From the IMG/VR virus record IMGVR_UViG_3300050821_016519: a DNA stretch of 64,000 nt; one strand, written 5' to 3'. Under the pieces are notes generated by a model, which saw only the letters and a list, made by a program, of their open reading frames with translations, ran no database searches and was not told the DNA's origin. The number at the start of each line of letters is the position of its first letter. Position 1 is the stretch's first letter. Source of the stretch: an uncultured virus (IMG/VR IMGVR_UViG_3300050821_016519). Its lineage: Duplodnaviria; Heunggongvirae; Uroviricota; Caudoviricetes. Below are positions 55,274 to 64,000 of the stretch, piece after piece. Position numbers and translations under genes: made by a program.

Positions 55274-55623
55274 GTTTCCTCCAGCGCCCGCGTCCGAATC
55301 GACCTTACCGGCAACTTGGCCAGTTCGCTTTTGCAGACGTGGCAGACGACGTGCAGTGTCCCGTCCTCGTAGCGCGCTTCATGGGGCGAGCGCCGATGAC
55401 ATTGCGGCAGCACGGCCACCGTCGCGCCTGCAAAAGACACGCCGATCTCGGCCACGCCCCGTCCGCACTGGGCGCACTCGATTCGGGCGCGCTGATTGTG
55501 CATGACCAGGACGACGCGGACGCCGGCTTGGGGATGGCACTGGGCATGGAGATAGCGCGGACCGGGATGGACCTCGCCGCAGTGGGCGCAGGGCAGGGAG
55601 TCGAGCTGTTCGCGGTAGAGCAT
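55270..55623 (-). CDS. Zinc-binding hypothetical protein (two related Cys/His units)
   Basis: CAHC...QCH...CAQC...QCH...CHVC. Confidence 0.65.
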   Translation of the reverse strand: MLYREQLDSLPCAHCGEVHPGPRYLHAQCHPQAGVRVVLVMHNQRARIECAQCGRGVAEIGVSFAGATVAVLPQCHRRSPHEARYEDGTLHVVCHVCKSELAKLPVRSIRTRALEET

Positions 55624-55860
55624 TCAGTCCTCCGCGCGAGATTGCGGCTTGTGATACCACTCGACGATCCTGGCGAAGGCCCGGCGGGGAATGTGGATGA
55701 GCTCCGTGTGCGATTCCCCTTCGCGCTGGCGGCAAATCGTGACCGACCCGTCGTGGTTGACGCCTGCCCAGAATTCCGTGAGGTAGATCGTGTCATTCTC
55801 CAGCCCGCGCGCATCGCGTTCGCGTTTCACGTGGGCCGGGGCGATCCCTGAATTCGTCAT
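55624..55860 (-). CDS. Hypothetical protein
   Basis: Coupled ORF. Confidence 0.55.
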   Translation of the reverse strand: MTNSGIAPAHVKRERDARGLENDTIYLTEFWAGVNHDGSVTICRQREGESHTELIHIPRRAFARIVEWYHKPQSRAED

Positions 55861-56072
55861 GATGGCACCACGAATCGGATTCCCGTTCCCTCGACGCGGA
55901 ACACGTCCTCGGGGGCGTAGGGCTTGCGCCGGGGATGGGCTTCATGGTCGGTTTTCTGGTCGCTGAACTGCTCCGCGCCGAGCTGCGCCGCGGCCCGCGA
56001 GGTGAGGGCGCGGGCGCGGGAATTGCCCGATGCAACGCTGCTGGGGCGACGGCCAAATCCGGATTCACTCAT
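55857..56072 (-). CDS. Hypothetical protein
   Basis: AAGGAG RBS. Confidence 0.45.
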   Translation of the reverse strand: MSESGFGRRPSSVASGNSRARALTSRAAAQLGAEQFSDQKTDHEAHPRRKPYAPEDVFRVEGTGIRFVVPS

Positions 56073-56460
56073 GGATGGACTCCTTTGCATTTGAAAACAC
56101 CACACTTCTGCTCTCCCCCACCGGCCCGATCACCATCACCTTCTTCCCGACCTTCACCCGGCACCCGGTCCAAGGTTCGTCTTCTCTCCCTTTCGCCCCC
56201 TCCCCTGATCTCCCCCTCTCCTGGAGCTTTCGCAGGATCGCCTTCACGCTGCCATCCTTGCGCCAGGCGGCGCTCTCGACCACCCAGAGCTTGTCCTCCA
56301 GCCTGATCGCCTTTACCGCCGGGATTTGCTTCTGCTCCGCCGGGTTCTTGGGAAGCGGGCAGATGAACGCGCCCTCCAGATCGAGCGGACGGGGAAGTCG
56401 TTCACCGGATCGGTTGAACAGATCGGGATCGAAACGGTGTGGCGTGCGGCGCCGGCCCAT
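56065..56460 (-). CDS. Hypothetical protein
   Basis: Follows csrA; contains a purine-rich repeat insertion at about 56185-56220. Confidence 0.5.
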   Translation of the reverse strand: MGRRRTPHRFDPDLFNRSGERLPRPLDLEGAFICPLPKNPAEQKQIPAVKAIRLEDKLWVVESAAWRKDGSVKAILRKLQERGRSGEGAKGREDEPWTGCRVKVGKKVMVIGPVGESRSVVFSNAKESIHE

Positions 56461-56461
56461 C

Positions 56462-56719
56462 TCAGGGACTCCCCGACGGAGGATCGCGCGGCGCATCCGC
56501 CGGTGTCGGAGGCGCGGACGATTGTTGTTGGCGTTCATCGCGTTGGCGTTGACGTTCTTCTCTCTGAATCTCAAGGTACACCTCCAGGCGATGGACCGGC
56601 AGGTGCTTGGGGGCCTCGATGCCCAGGCGCACCTTGTCGCCACGGATATCGACGATCGTGATGGTGATGTCGTCGCCGATCATGATCTTCTCGTCGCGCT
56701 GTCGGGAAAGGACTAGCAT
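56462..56719 (-). CDS. csrA: Carbon storage regulator CsrA/RsmA
   Basis: [58 protein letters not shown]. Confidence 0.95.
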   Translation of the reverse strand: MLVLSRQRDEKIMIGDDITITIVDIRGDKVRLGIEAPKHLPVHRLEVYLEIQREERQRQRDERQQQSSAPPTPADAPRDPPSGSP

Positions 56720-56828
56720 GAGGCGACTCCTTTCAAAAACGCCGCCGGGTACGCGGGAGAGCACCGGTTGGGACCGGGAGTGCCTCCCACGCACCGGCGG
56801 GTCCGGCGCAACCGACGCCGAAGGTTGA

Positions 56829-57512
56829 TCACGTCAGAATCTCCTTGATCCTGGGCCACGGCGTCGGCCAGGTGCCGCCCGATTCGCTCAACCGGCGCTG
56901 AATGCTCTCACCAAGATTGTTGGCCAGCATTTCCGGGGTGAAGTTGCTCAGCAGAAGCGTCGCGGAGCAGCGGGCATAGCGGCGGTCGATCAACGTCGTC
57001 AATTCGTTGTCCTGCCAAACCCGATCGGCATCGCGCACCTGAACCTCGTCCAGCACCAGTAATTCAGGCGTCACGTAATTCCGTCTGACCCATTCCTTAT
57101 CCGACCAGTCTGCGGTCGAAAGCTCCTCGAAGAATCGCGCTGTCCGCCGATAGATGGCCGGGCGCAGGGCATCGCAGAAGGCGTTTATCAATCCGCAGCC
57201 CAGCCACGTCTTGCCGCGTCCGCGATCGCCGGCAATGGCGATCAATTCCGGCTGGTCCAGCAGCGAATGAAGCCGCGCCGCCAGCGCCCGGAATTCCGCC
57301 GGCAACCGGATATCGAGGTGTCGCAGTTCGGCCTCGCGAAACATTTTCTCCTGTTCGATACCGCTGGCGCGCCGCAGGGCCAGTGCATCAATGCGCCGCC
57401 GGGCTTCGCGCTCGCGACGGAGATCATCCGATTCAGGCGGTCGCTCGGTCTTTTGCGCGATCAGCCGCCGCAGTCTTTCCTTGAGGCTCGGACGCTGCAC
57501 GTTGACCTCCAT
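56829..57512 (-). CDS. DnaC/IstB-like AAA+ helicase loader
   Basis: Walker A GDRGRGKT, Walker B LLVLDE, LIDRRY, TLLLSN; start uncertain (could extend to 57605). Confidence 0.88.
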   Translation of the reverse strand: MEVNVQRPSLKERLRRLIAQKTERPPESDDLRREREARRRIDALALRRASGIEQEKMFREAELRHLDIRLPAEFRALAARLHSLLDQPELIAIAGDRGRGKTWLGCGLINAFCDALRPAIYRRTARFFEELSTADWSDKEWVRRNYVTPELLVLDEVQVRDADRVWQDNELTTLIDRRYARCSATLLLSNFTPEMLANNLGESIQRRLSESGGTWPTPWPRIKEILT

Positions 57513-58494
57513 AGCCGTGGACGATGATGGGGACATCGCTGGCGTATTCTCCGCGCTGGGCGGCGGTCGGTTTTGCTCGGGCATTGAGGACATGCTTCGC
57601 TCCATCCGGGCGCGAGGCCCGTTCGAGATAATGATCCAGATCGTGCGCGAGAGTGCGGATGTCGTGGCCGCGGAGCATGGAATCGCCGAAGAACAGGTCG
57701 ATCAGCAGCTTGCCCACCGGCAACGCCATCTGGTTTTCCGCCGGCCGCGCCGCCGTCTTGCCGCCGATCCGCTCCCAGATCTGCGCAAAAATTGCGCCGT
57801 CGCGTTTGGTGAAGACATAACCGGGAATCCGCTCGCGCTTGCGCAGACACCAGTGGTCGGTCAACGTGCGGTATTCGCTCACCTCGCCATCGAGTTTGCG
57901 GTGCATCGCCCCGATCGCCGCTCGCGATCTGGTTTGCGGCTTTTGCCCTTCCGCGGCTGGCGTTTGCGCGTTTCCCGCGATCGGCGGAACGCCGACGCAA
58001 GGTTGCGCAGCAACCTCGGGGGAAGGGGTTTGGGGTAAGGGGGGAGTCTGAGGGGGGAAAGGGGCAAGGGGCGGGGGACGTTGCGCCGCATGTAACGCGT
58101 TACGTAACGGTGGATGTAACGCGTTACGTAACGCTTTGTTTTCGCGATGGCGGCGGACGCGGGCGGCGACGGCGTCTCGATCCCGATCAATCCTCTGTTG
58201 CCCGATGAACTGGGCGAGGATCTGCGGATCGTGCAGAAGGCCAGTGTCGCTGAACGCCAGTAGGCCCCGTTGACTTAGTGCGCGAACCTGGGCTGCGACC
58301 GTGGCGACGTCGGTCCCGAATTTTCGGGCCACGAATTCGTCGTTGTCAGCGCAACGGTGGGTCGGCAGGTAGCCGGGACGGTCCGGGTTGAGCATTAAAA
58401 GGCGCATCTGCAACTGAAACCCGCAAAGCTCGAACGAGTCATCGACCCAATCGAGCGCATGAAAATCGATCTGCGGCGAAGCGCGTCGTGGCAC
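57433..58494 (-). CDS. Phage replication initiator protein
   Basis: Upstream of the DnaC-like gene; N-terminal winged-helix-like part, RVRRHR basic helix, repeats and PPQTPP linker. Confidence 0.7.
   Translation of the reverse strand: MPRRASPQIDFHALDWVDDSFELCGFQLQMRLLMLNPDRPGYLPTHRCADNDEFVARKFGTDVATVAAQVRALSQRGLLAFSDTGLLHDPQILAQFIGQQRIDRDRDAVAARVRRHRENKALRNALHPPLRNALHAAQRPPPLAPFPPQTPPLPQTPSPEVAAQPCVGVPPIAGNAQTPAAEGQKPQTRSRAAIGAMHRKLDGEVSEYRTLTDHWCLRKRERIPGYVFTKRDGAIFAQIWERIGGKTAARPAENQMALPVGKLLIDLFFGDSMLRGHDIRTLAHDLDHYLERASRPDGAKHVLNARAKPTAAQRGEYASDVPIIVHGYGGQRAASEPQGKTAAADRAKDRATA
58090..58133. repeat. Iteron-like 20-bp direct repeat (candidate origin)
   Basis: ATGTAACGCGTTACGTAACG at 58090 and 58114; each copy contains two overlapping 12-bp palindromes. 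Confidence 0.65.
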
Positions 58495-58497
58495 CGA

Positions 58498-58773
58498 TCA
58501 AGTCCTTTCGGTCGGTTCGACGTTAAAAGCGGCGTTGCGGACCGGATGACGCCGGCCCGTCTGCAACTCGCCTCGATGGCGGCTGCGCCAATCCTCCATG
58601 AGCGGAACATGCTGGTCGCGAAGTCGTCGCCAGATTCCTCTCTTGAGCCGGTGGATGGACTCCAATCGGGCGATCCACTGCTCGCGTTCGATCAGGTAGT
58701 CATCGGGTAAAAGACTTGTCGGTTCGTCCGGTAACGCGCAGGCTGCGCGCTTGTCGTCGTTGGTGATCTGCAT
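58498..58773 (-). CDS. Hypothetical protein
   Basis: AGGA RBS; contains the 64-bp repeat. Confidence 0.55.
   Translation of the reverse strand: MQITNDDKRAACALPDEPTSLLPDDYLIEREQWIARLESIHRLKRGIWRRLRDQHVPLMEDWRSRHRGELQTGRRHPVRNAAFNVEPTERT
58537..58600. repeat. 64-bp exact direct repeat, copy 1
   Basis: Identical to 59542-59605. Confidence 0.95.
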
Positions 58774-58990
58774 TGTCCTGGTCCGCGGCCTCCGGTGCCG
58801 CCATTAAAGAGTGTGCCCATCTCGTTTGGCCCATCTGCCACGGAGAAAAGAGGAAGCGTCCCGGCGGACCGCGCTCGGAAATGGGAGTTGGCAGGTCGGT
58901 CATGCCTCGTGCTCCGTTGGTGGCTTGGCTCCGTTAAAACACCACACTGCGGCGGGCGGGGTTTTGGCGGAGGGAGGGGGTCATTGAAGT

Positions 58991-59197
58991 TCAGCGCTTT
59001 CCCCGCTTGGATTTCGGCGGAATCACCGTTGTCGCGTTCTGCACCTGAGCGAAGCCGACGAATTCATACACGCCGACCTTCGAGGATTGGTCCATTCCGT
59101 TTAGTTCCGAGGCGTCCTCCGAGGTATGCAAAAACTCGTCGCGCGTTCCTTCATTATCCCACATCGCGTAAATCACCTTGGGCATCATCTTCTTCAT
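58991..59197 (-). CDS. Hypothetical protein
   Basis: GAGG RBS, 68 aa. Confidence 0.6.
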   Translation of the reverse strand: MKKMMPKVIYAMWDNEGTRDEFLHTSEDASELNGMDQSSKVGVYEFVGFAQVQNATTVIPPKSKRGKR

Positions 59198-59820
59198 GCC
59201 TCTTGTCCTTTTCAGGTAGGGGTTTAATGGGCATCAATGTAACCCGGTGCTCGTCTGCGGAATCTCCATCGACCCGCATGGCGAGGACCGTAATCGTGCC
59301 GTCTGGATTCAGTTTCGGCTGGAGTTCCGCGATCATTTCCAGATGCGCGTCGAGTTCCTTCTTCACCGATTCCAGCGACCGTTCGGTTTTAAGCAGCAGG
59401 TCGATCAGCCCCACCACCAGGTCATCAGCTTCGATTCGCTGTCCGCGCACCGTTGTCGTTTTCATCTTCTTCATGTCTGATTCTCCGCATTCTCCGACCG
59501 CGGATTCCACGGCCGCTCCAAATCTTCCGGCTTCGACTTCGGCGGACCGGATGACGCCGGCCCGTCTGCAACTCGCCTCGATGGCGGCTGCGCCAATCCT
59601 CCATGCCGCAAAATCCCGGCGTCCCAAATAGACGCCAACCGACCACCAACGCAATACCGACCACATATCCCACGCGATCCTGATCCCCCTTTGATCGCGC
59701 AACTTTTGAAGATAATTACTCCGGTCGAAATGCCGTCTGAATAGTTCCCTGGCCTCGGGATCGGCGCCTTCCTGGGCGTTTTTCAGTTCTTGGGTTTCGC
59801 CGTCTGTGAATTCGATCATG
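59154..59820 (-). CDS. Hypothetical protein(s); internal start at 59474 likely
   Basis: One open frame with GGAG + ATG at 59474; probably a fusion of two short genes. Confidence 0.45.
59542..59605. repeat. 64-bp exact direct repeat, copy 2
   Basis: Identical to 58537-58600. Confidence 0.95.
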
Positions 59821-60607
59821 CTGCCCGTCCTTTGATCCGCTGCCATTCGGTGAGGAGATCGTTTTTGACTTCGCGTTCGCTGACGACGGCGGGATTTTCA
59901 CCGTGGCAGACCGTGCGGTTGGCCTGTTTACAGAATCCCGCCTCGTCGCTCAGCACCATCACGTAGCGCATGAGGATGGAATCGGTCGGCGGGTAGTGCC
60001 CCGAAAGCACGATGCACAAGCGCTCGATCAATCGGCCGCCTTCATAGACGCGGGTGACATCGTGGCCGGCGAAAATCTGATAGACCCTTCCGCTCTTGCC
60101 CCGGACGGAGACATAACCTCGGGCGCAGTAGCTGCGCCAGTTGTGCTCTCCGACAATTCTGCGGAAGCTGGCGCGGGCGCGGAGTTCGCGGGCGTCATCG
60201 GTGGGCAAAAGCAGCTTGCGGTGCGAGGGTAGATGCAGCGGGGCCTGGCGGGCGCGGATGATCTCGCGGAGACGCTCACCGGGCGTTTTCTGCGGAGCGG
60301 TGATTTGCGTCCATGTTTGCGTCCAGTTTCCCGTGTAAAAGTTGCGATACCAGAGGTGCATGTTCTGCCGCAGCCATTGTTCACACTCATTGCCGCCGAT
60401 CGTGACGGTCATCGCGTTGCTGGTGGCGTAGGGGTTGATGAACTGCGGCTTGTATTTGTCGTAGAGGATCTGCGTCTGTGTGCCGATCGGCTGCCAGCTC
60501 GGACAGGAAGCGGCGGTCGTCCCATCGCAGAGATCGACCCACACTCCGGCATAACCCGTCTGCCCGCAACTCATCCCGCCGTAATCGATGGTGATTGCCA
60601 TGGTCAT
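59816..60607 (-). CDS. Uncharacterised protein partnered with the GG-terminated protein
   Basis: ELRARASF...GYVSVRGKSGRVYQI...RLC....P.TD..L....L.DE..F...AN; ATGA-coupled. Confidence 0.75.
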   Translation of the reverse strand: MTMAITIDYGGMSCGQTGYAGVWVDLCDGTTAASCPSWQPIGTQTQILYDKYKPQFINPYATSNAMTVTIGGNECEQWLRQNMHLWYRNFYTGNWTQTWTQITAPQKTPGERLREIIRARQAPLHLPSHRKLLLPTDDARELRARASFRRIVGEHNWRSYCARGYVSVRGKSGRVYQIFAGHDVTRVYEGGRLIERLCIVLSGHYPPTDSILMRYVMVLSDEAGFCKQANRTVCHGENPAVVSEREVKNDLLTEWQRIKGRAA

Positions 60608-61041
60608 CCTCCCACAATCTGTTTGCGGGGCAGGAAAACCACTTCCTCACCGGCGGCGATTCGGCGTGCCAGCCGGCTGCCGGGGAAGGTTTGCTGCTCC
60701 TCGGCCGTGTCCAGGAAACTCACCTCCTCCAGGAGCGGATCGAAGCTGGACAGCACCTCGGCGCTGGGTTCGCCGTTGCGCTTGACGCGGTGGGCGATCA
60801 TCCCCTGGGCCAGAAGATCGTCGAACATCTGGCGGGCGTCGTTGACCTCATCGAGCCGGAAACGGTTCCAGACGATCCGCTTGTCCCCATCGTGCGGCGT
60901 GAGGATGCAGAAGATCACGTCTCCCTTTTTCCGCTGGCGCTTCTGGCCATCTTCGATCAGGCGGAGCGATTCGGGGACCGGGACATCGACGTTGCCGAAA
61001 CAGGTGACACCCCTGCTGGTTCGCGGGACGGCGGCGCTCAT
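60604..61041 (-). CDS. Uncharacterised protein ending in C-terminal Gly-Gly
   Basis: GDKRIVW....DEV..AR..FD.L...G..A.RV...G......FDP..EE...IVGG*. Confidence 0.75.
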   Translation of the reverse strand: MSAAVPRTSRGVTCFGNVDVPVPESLRLIEDGQKRQRKKGDVIFCILTPHDGDKRIVWNRFRLDEVNDARQMFDDLLAQGMIAHRVKRNGEPSAEVLSSFDPLLEEVSFLDTAEEQQTFPGSRLARRIAAGEEVVFLPRKQIVGG

Positions 61042-61412
61042 GCTTGAACTCCCTGGGTATTGAACCACGATTCGTCGAGGAAATGCCGCGGTTTGCTGGC
61101 GAGGGTCGCTCCCTGTTGAAGCCAGTCCCGTTTGTGGGCGCGCAGCCGTCGCAGGTGCATCGCCCGCATGCTCCGCGTCCGCGGCTCGGGCGACCAGGCG
61201 GAGAGCGTGGGCAACAGCTCGATGGTGTGGCTGTCCGCCACGGTGCGATTGACGATCTCGCCGTTAAACACCGCCCGGTCGTGAACGTGTTTGCACTTGG
61301 GGCAGATGAACTTCAATTTGTATGTGCCCGCGTTGGTCACCGGCAGCAGGATGTATCCCCCACAGCCGCCGCCGGCTTGCCGGCAATAGAACTCCTGATA
61401 GCGCTGGTCCAT
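61038..61412 (-). CDS. Zinc-ribbon hypothetical protein
   Basis: C.....GC...CPKCKHVH; GAGGAGG RBS. Confidence 0.65.
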   Translation of the reverse strand: MDQRYQEFYCRQAGGGCGGYILLPVTNAGTYKLKFICPKCKHVHDRAVFNGEIVNRTVADSHTIELLPTLSAWSPEPRTRSMRAMHLRRLRAHKRDWLQQGATLASKPRHFLDESWFNTQGVQA

Positions 61413-61423
61413 GGGCGACCTCC

Positions 61424-61756
61424 TCACAGTTTGCCCGCGAAGTCTTTCAGCTTGCCCCACAGGCCCGATGGCCGGGTCTTCTCGATCGTGACCGTCACGT
61501 CGCCGCCGCTGGCGTCCTTGGCGATCTTCGCCGTCGTGTGCAGCTTGGGATCGCTGAAGGTGACGAAGGGCGTGTCGGGATCGTCCAGATTGGCAAGCTG
61601 GTCTTTGAACGCCGGCGCCGGGACCGCGACTTTCAAACCCGCCTGGTCATCGTGCAGATGGACCTCATCGCCGCTCTTGTGAATCCGGATGTCGTTGACG
61701 GCAACGTCTCCCGCCGCCTCCGCTTTGCTCAACGTGTCTTGGTATTGACCGCCCAT
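61424..61756 (-). CDS. Hypothetical protein
   Basis: AAAGGAG RBS, 110 aa. Confidence 0.7.
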   Translation of the reverse strand: MGGQYQDTLSKAEAAGDVAVNDIRIHKSGDEVHLHDDQAGLKVAVPAPAFKDQLANLDDPDTPFVTFSDPKLHTTAKIAKDASGGDVTVTIEKTRPSGLWGKLKDFAGKL

Positions 61757-61769
61757 GGTTGCTCTCCTT

Positions 61770-62195
61770 TCATGTGCCCTCGATCGGCGCTGATGGCGCA
61801 GGCGACAGCGCAGGTGATATCGCCTGTTCGACCGCGTTTTTGATGGCGTTGAAATAGCCGATCAGCTTTTCGGTTTCGGCCTGGTTCAGCAGCTTGCAGC
61901 TAAAGAACGTTGGGTATCCGTTGATGCTGCGCTCGCCGGCCTTGTCCAGATATTCGTAGACGAACGCGGTGTCGGGCGGGATTTTCGCACCGAGCGAAAG
62001 CACCATGAACACCAACCCCACGTCGCGCGGGTCGGCGATATGGCTGCTGGTGAAGACTCTGCCCTGATAGATGTCGCGGGCCAGCGCTTTGAGTTCGTCG
62101 TCGGTCTTCATGGCGCGCGGCGGCGGCGGAGCTTCTAGCGCCGGGGTCTCCTGCGCCGGCGTCGGTTGATCTGAAGTCGATCGATCTTCGCTCAT
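61770..62195 (-). CDS. Hypothetical protein
   Basis: AAGGAG RBS; YEYLDKAGERSINGYPTFFS. Confidence 0.7.
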   Translation of the reverse strand: MSEDRSTSDQPTPAQETPALEAPPPPRAMKTDDELKALARDIYQGRVFTSSHIADPRDVGLVFMVLSLGAKIPPDTAFVYEYLDKAGERSINGYPTFFSCKLLNQAETEKLIGYFNAIKNAVEQAISPALSPAPSAPIEGT

Positions 62196-63220
62196 GGCGC
62201 TCCTTCGTGCATGGCTCGGGCCTGGGGAAATTCTCGCACGCGAAGTTCGGCCGGCCATTCTGCGGGATCGGCCCCTTTGCGGTCTTTGATCTTCGGGCAG
62301 CGCTGGCCCTCGCGATTGACGGGATGGGCGCCGAGTTGCTTCACGAACACGGGGACGCCGGCAGACTGGCACTGGCGGACGATGTCTTTGGCCCAGCCCA
62401 GGACCATGGGGCGGGCGTTGGGTCCGCTTTCACCGCCGACGATCACCCAATGAATTCCGCTCTCGTCCCAAGTCTGCCTGTCGTCGTAAATCGCTTCTCT
62501 TGGAGGCGCTGGTTTGGAAGTGAAGAACCATCGCGATAAATCAATCGTCCCCAGCAGCGGCTCGCATGAGAGGAAGCGCACAGCCGCCGGGCATTTGAGC
62601 AGGTGCGGGATTCGCTCGTCGGCGCGGGTTTGGTCCTCGGTCGAGCAACCCAGCCAGATGTTGGGGAGGGGCCAACCGTGGCCGTAATGCACTCGGGCGC
62701 TGCACTCTCGCCATTCTTGAGGGGCTGGCGGAGCGTTGTATCTGTGCATCTCCAAGACGATTCGCCGCCGTGTCGCGCCATCACGCGCCGCCCCCACATT
62801 GTCGTTTGAGAGGTATTGCGCCATCCGCTCCGGCCGTTTCGTCAGAACCTGGAAGGCGTGCTGTGGGCAAAGCGCCATCACCGCGAACACTTTGTCGATG
62901 AACTCGAACGACACGTCCGGGTGAAACAAATCGCTCATCGAGTTGACGAACACGCGGCGGGGTTTCTTCCAGCCCAGCGGGGCCGAGAGCGATTCTTCAT
63001 CGAGGTGGATCTTCCCCGTCCAGACGTAACGCCCGTTGACCTTCTTCGTCAGCCCGGCATATTTCTCCTGCCCCATCGCTTCCAGCCGCGCCGCCATCCG
63101 CATGGCGTAGCAGTTCTTGCAGCCGGGGCTTTTCAGAGTGCAGCCCGCCACCGGGTTCCAGGTGCAGCCGGGCGTCCCGTCGTCGCCCCGCGTCCATTCG
63201 ATGGATGAATTCGTGCTCAT
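62192..63220 (-). CDS. DUF5131 / phage Gp37-Gp68 family radical-SAM-like protein
   Basis: SIEWT, TWNPVAGC...SPGCKNCYA, FVNSMSDLFH, QVLTKRPER, FLSCEPLLG, WVIVGGESG, PVFVKQLG. Confidence 0.92.
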   Translation of the reverse strand: MSTNSSIEWTRGDDGTPGCTWNPVAGCTLKSPGCKNCYAMRMAARLEAMGQEKYAGLTKKVNGRYVWTGKIHLDEESLSAPLGWKKPRRVFVNSMSDLFHPDVSFEFIDKVFAVMALCPQHAFQVLTKRPERMAQYLSNDNVGAARDGATRRRIVLEMHRYNAPPAPQEWRECSARVHYGHGWPLPNIWLGCSTEDQTRADERIPHLLKCPAAVRFLSCEPLLGTIDLSRWFFTSKPAPPREAIYDDRQTWDESGIHWVIVGGESGPNARPMVLGWAKDIVRQCQSAGVPVFVKQLGAHPVNREGQRCPKIKDRKGADPAEWPAELRVREFPQARAMHEGAP

Positions 63221-63510
63221 GCGCTCCTGCTTTCGTCCTTCACAAAACGAACGAGCCCCAGCCGCTGGGCGAGCTGTCCCAAAGTGAAATCGTTTTTGTG
63301 CCGCGCCCAGAATCCCGCGCAGCAGGTCAGTCGTCGGGCGTGATGACAGACGCGATAGCTTTTGAAGAAACCCGCCATCTTCGGGTCGGCGATCTGCCCT
63401 TCCAAGCGTTTGATGTCCCAGGGCAAATCCTTGCGGTAGATGCAGGTGGCGCACTGACGCGACTGGATGGCGAATCCGGCGGAGGTTGTCGGGGCGGTTT
63501 TGATGCTCAT
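63217..63510 (-). CDS. Cys/His-rich hypothetical protein
   Basis: CATCIY...VCHH...CCAGF. Confidence 0.7.
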   Translation of the reverse strand: MSIKTAPTTSAGFAIQSRQCATCIYRKDLPWDIKRLEGQIADPKMAGFFKSYRVCHHARRLTCCAGFWARHKNDFTLGQLAQRLGLVRFVKDESRSA

Positions 63511-63581
63511 TGGAACTTCTCCATCTTCACAACAACGTAAGCAAAATTGCTTTTCTCTCCCGCCCGGAACGAACCCATGGC

Positions 63582-63851
63582 TTACAACGCCCCAACCTGT
63601 TTCCGAATCTGGTCCAGCGCCTCGGCGTCGGTTTCGCCCTCGCCTTTGAAGAATGCGCCATCACTATCGTCCGTCATCAACCAGAAGGTGTGCGGCCTGT
63701 TATCGACGCGGTAATCGTTGTGCACGGCCACGGCTAAGCCCTTGGCGCGGAGATCATCCGGGCTGCTGCGGATGGCGCGGATCGCCCGATCGATGAATTC
63801 TCGCGTGATTGCCTTCTTCTCAGTGTCGCTCATGTCATCTGGCTCGTTCAT
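63582..63851 (-). CDS. Hypothetical protein
   Basis: VAVHNDYR...HTFWL; ATGA-coupled to the integrase. Confidence 0.7.
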   Translation of the reverse strand: MNEPDDMSDTEKKAITREFIDRAIRAIRSSPDDLRAKGLAVAVHNDYRVDNRPHTFWLMTDDSDGAFFKGEGETDAEALDQIRKQVGAL

Positions 63852-64000
63852 CCAAACTCCAGTGCCAAGCGCATCGCCGCCTCCAGATCGCGCTCGGCGT
63901 AGATTTCCGTGGTCTTGACCGCGGCGTGGCCAAGCTGCACCCGGGCCGCCTCGATCCCTTTGAGCTTGCGCAATAGTGTTGCCCTGGCATGGCGGAGCTG
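63848..64000 (-). CDS. int: Tyrosine recombinase/integrase, C-terminal end (partial; not in the ORF track)
   Basis: Translates QLRHARATLLRKLKGIEAARVQLGHAAVKTTEIYAERD...FG*, with the LRH, LGH and catalytic Y motifs. Confidence 0.9.
   Translation of the reverse strand, partial: QLRHARATLLRKLKGIEAARVQLGHAAVKTTEIYAERDLEAAMRLALEFG

Larger units (their letters stand above)
1..64000. mobile_element. Temperate tailed phage or prophage (non-contractile tail)
   Basis: Capsid, tail tube, frameshifted chaperone, tape measure, replication module and integrase; no sheath gene recognised. Confidence 0.92.

Noticed and set aside
58537..59605. Diversity-generating retroelement TR/VR pair
   Set aside because: The copies are identical, with no adenine-specific mismatches, and no reverse transcriptase is recognisable in the window.

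Overview
GC-rich 64 kb segment of a temperate siphovirus-like phage or prophage. The host is inferred to be Planctomycetota (probably Phycisphaerae-like), based on the style of the integrase C-terminus, a prepilin-type gene and secreted ORFans. Bases 1-54.7 kb are a plus-strand virion morphogenesis operon: Pro-rich tail of an upstream gene, Ser/Thr/Asn-rich repeat fibre, putative prohead protease, Mu-gpT-like major capsid, DUF2190 decoration protein, head-tail joining, NHL/Ig-fused tail terminator, tail tube, frameshifted chaperones, gpZ-like protein, tape measure and tail-tip proteins. About 15 glycosyltransferase-like genes, 6-7 SAM methyltransferase domains, a sulfotransferase-like domain and two phosphatases are interleaved with these genes. 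Many short ORFans sit at gene junctions, several with duplicated junction sequence. After an intrinsic terminator near 54.7 kb, a convergent minus-strand early region encodes CsrA, a DnaC/IstB-like loader, a replication initiator, a C-terminal-GG protein coupled to a Cys-containing partner, DUF5131 and the 3' end of a tyrosine integrase. Non-coding highlights are a pseudo-symmetric structured RNA candidate upstream of the capsid gene and two families of short dispersed repeats. All product calls come from motif recognition by eye; no database searches were run.
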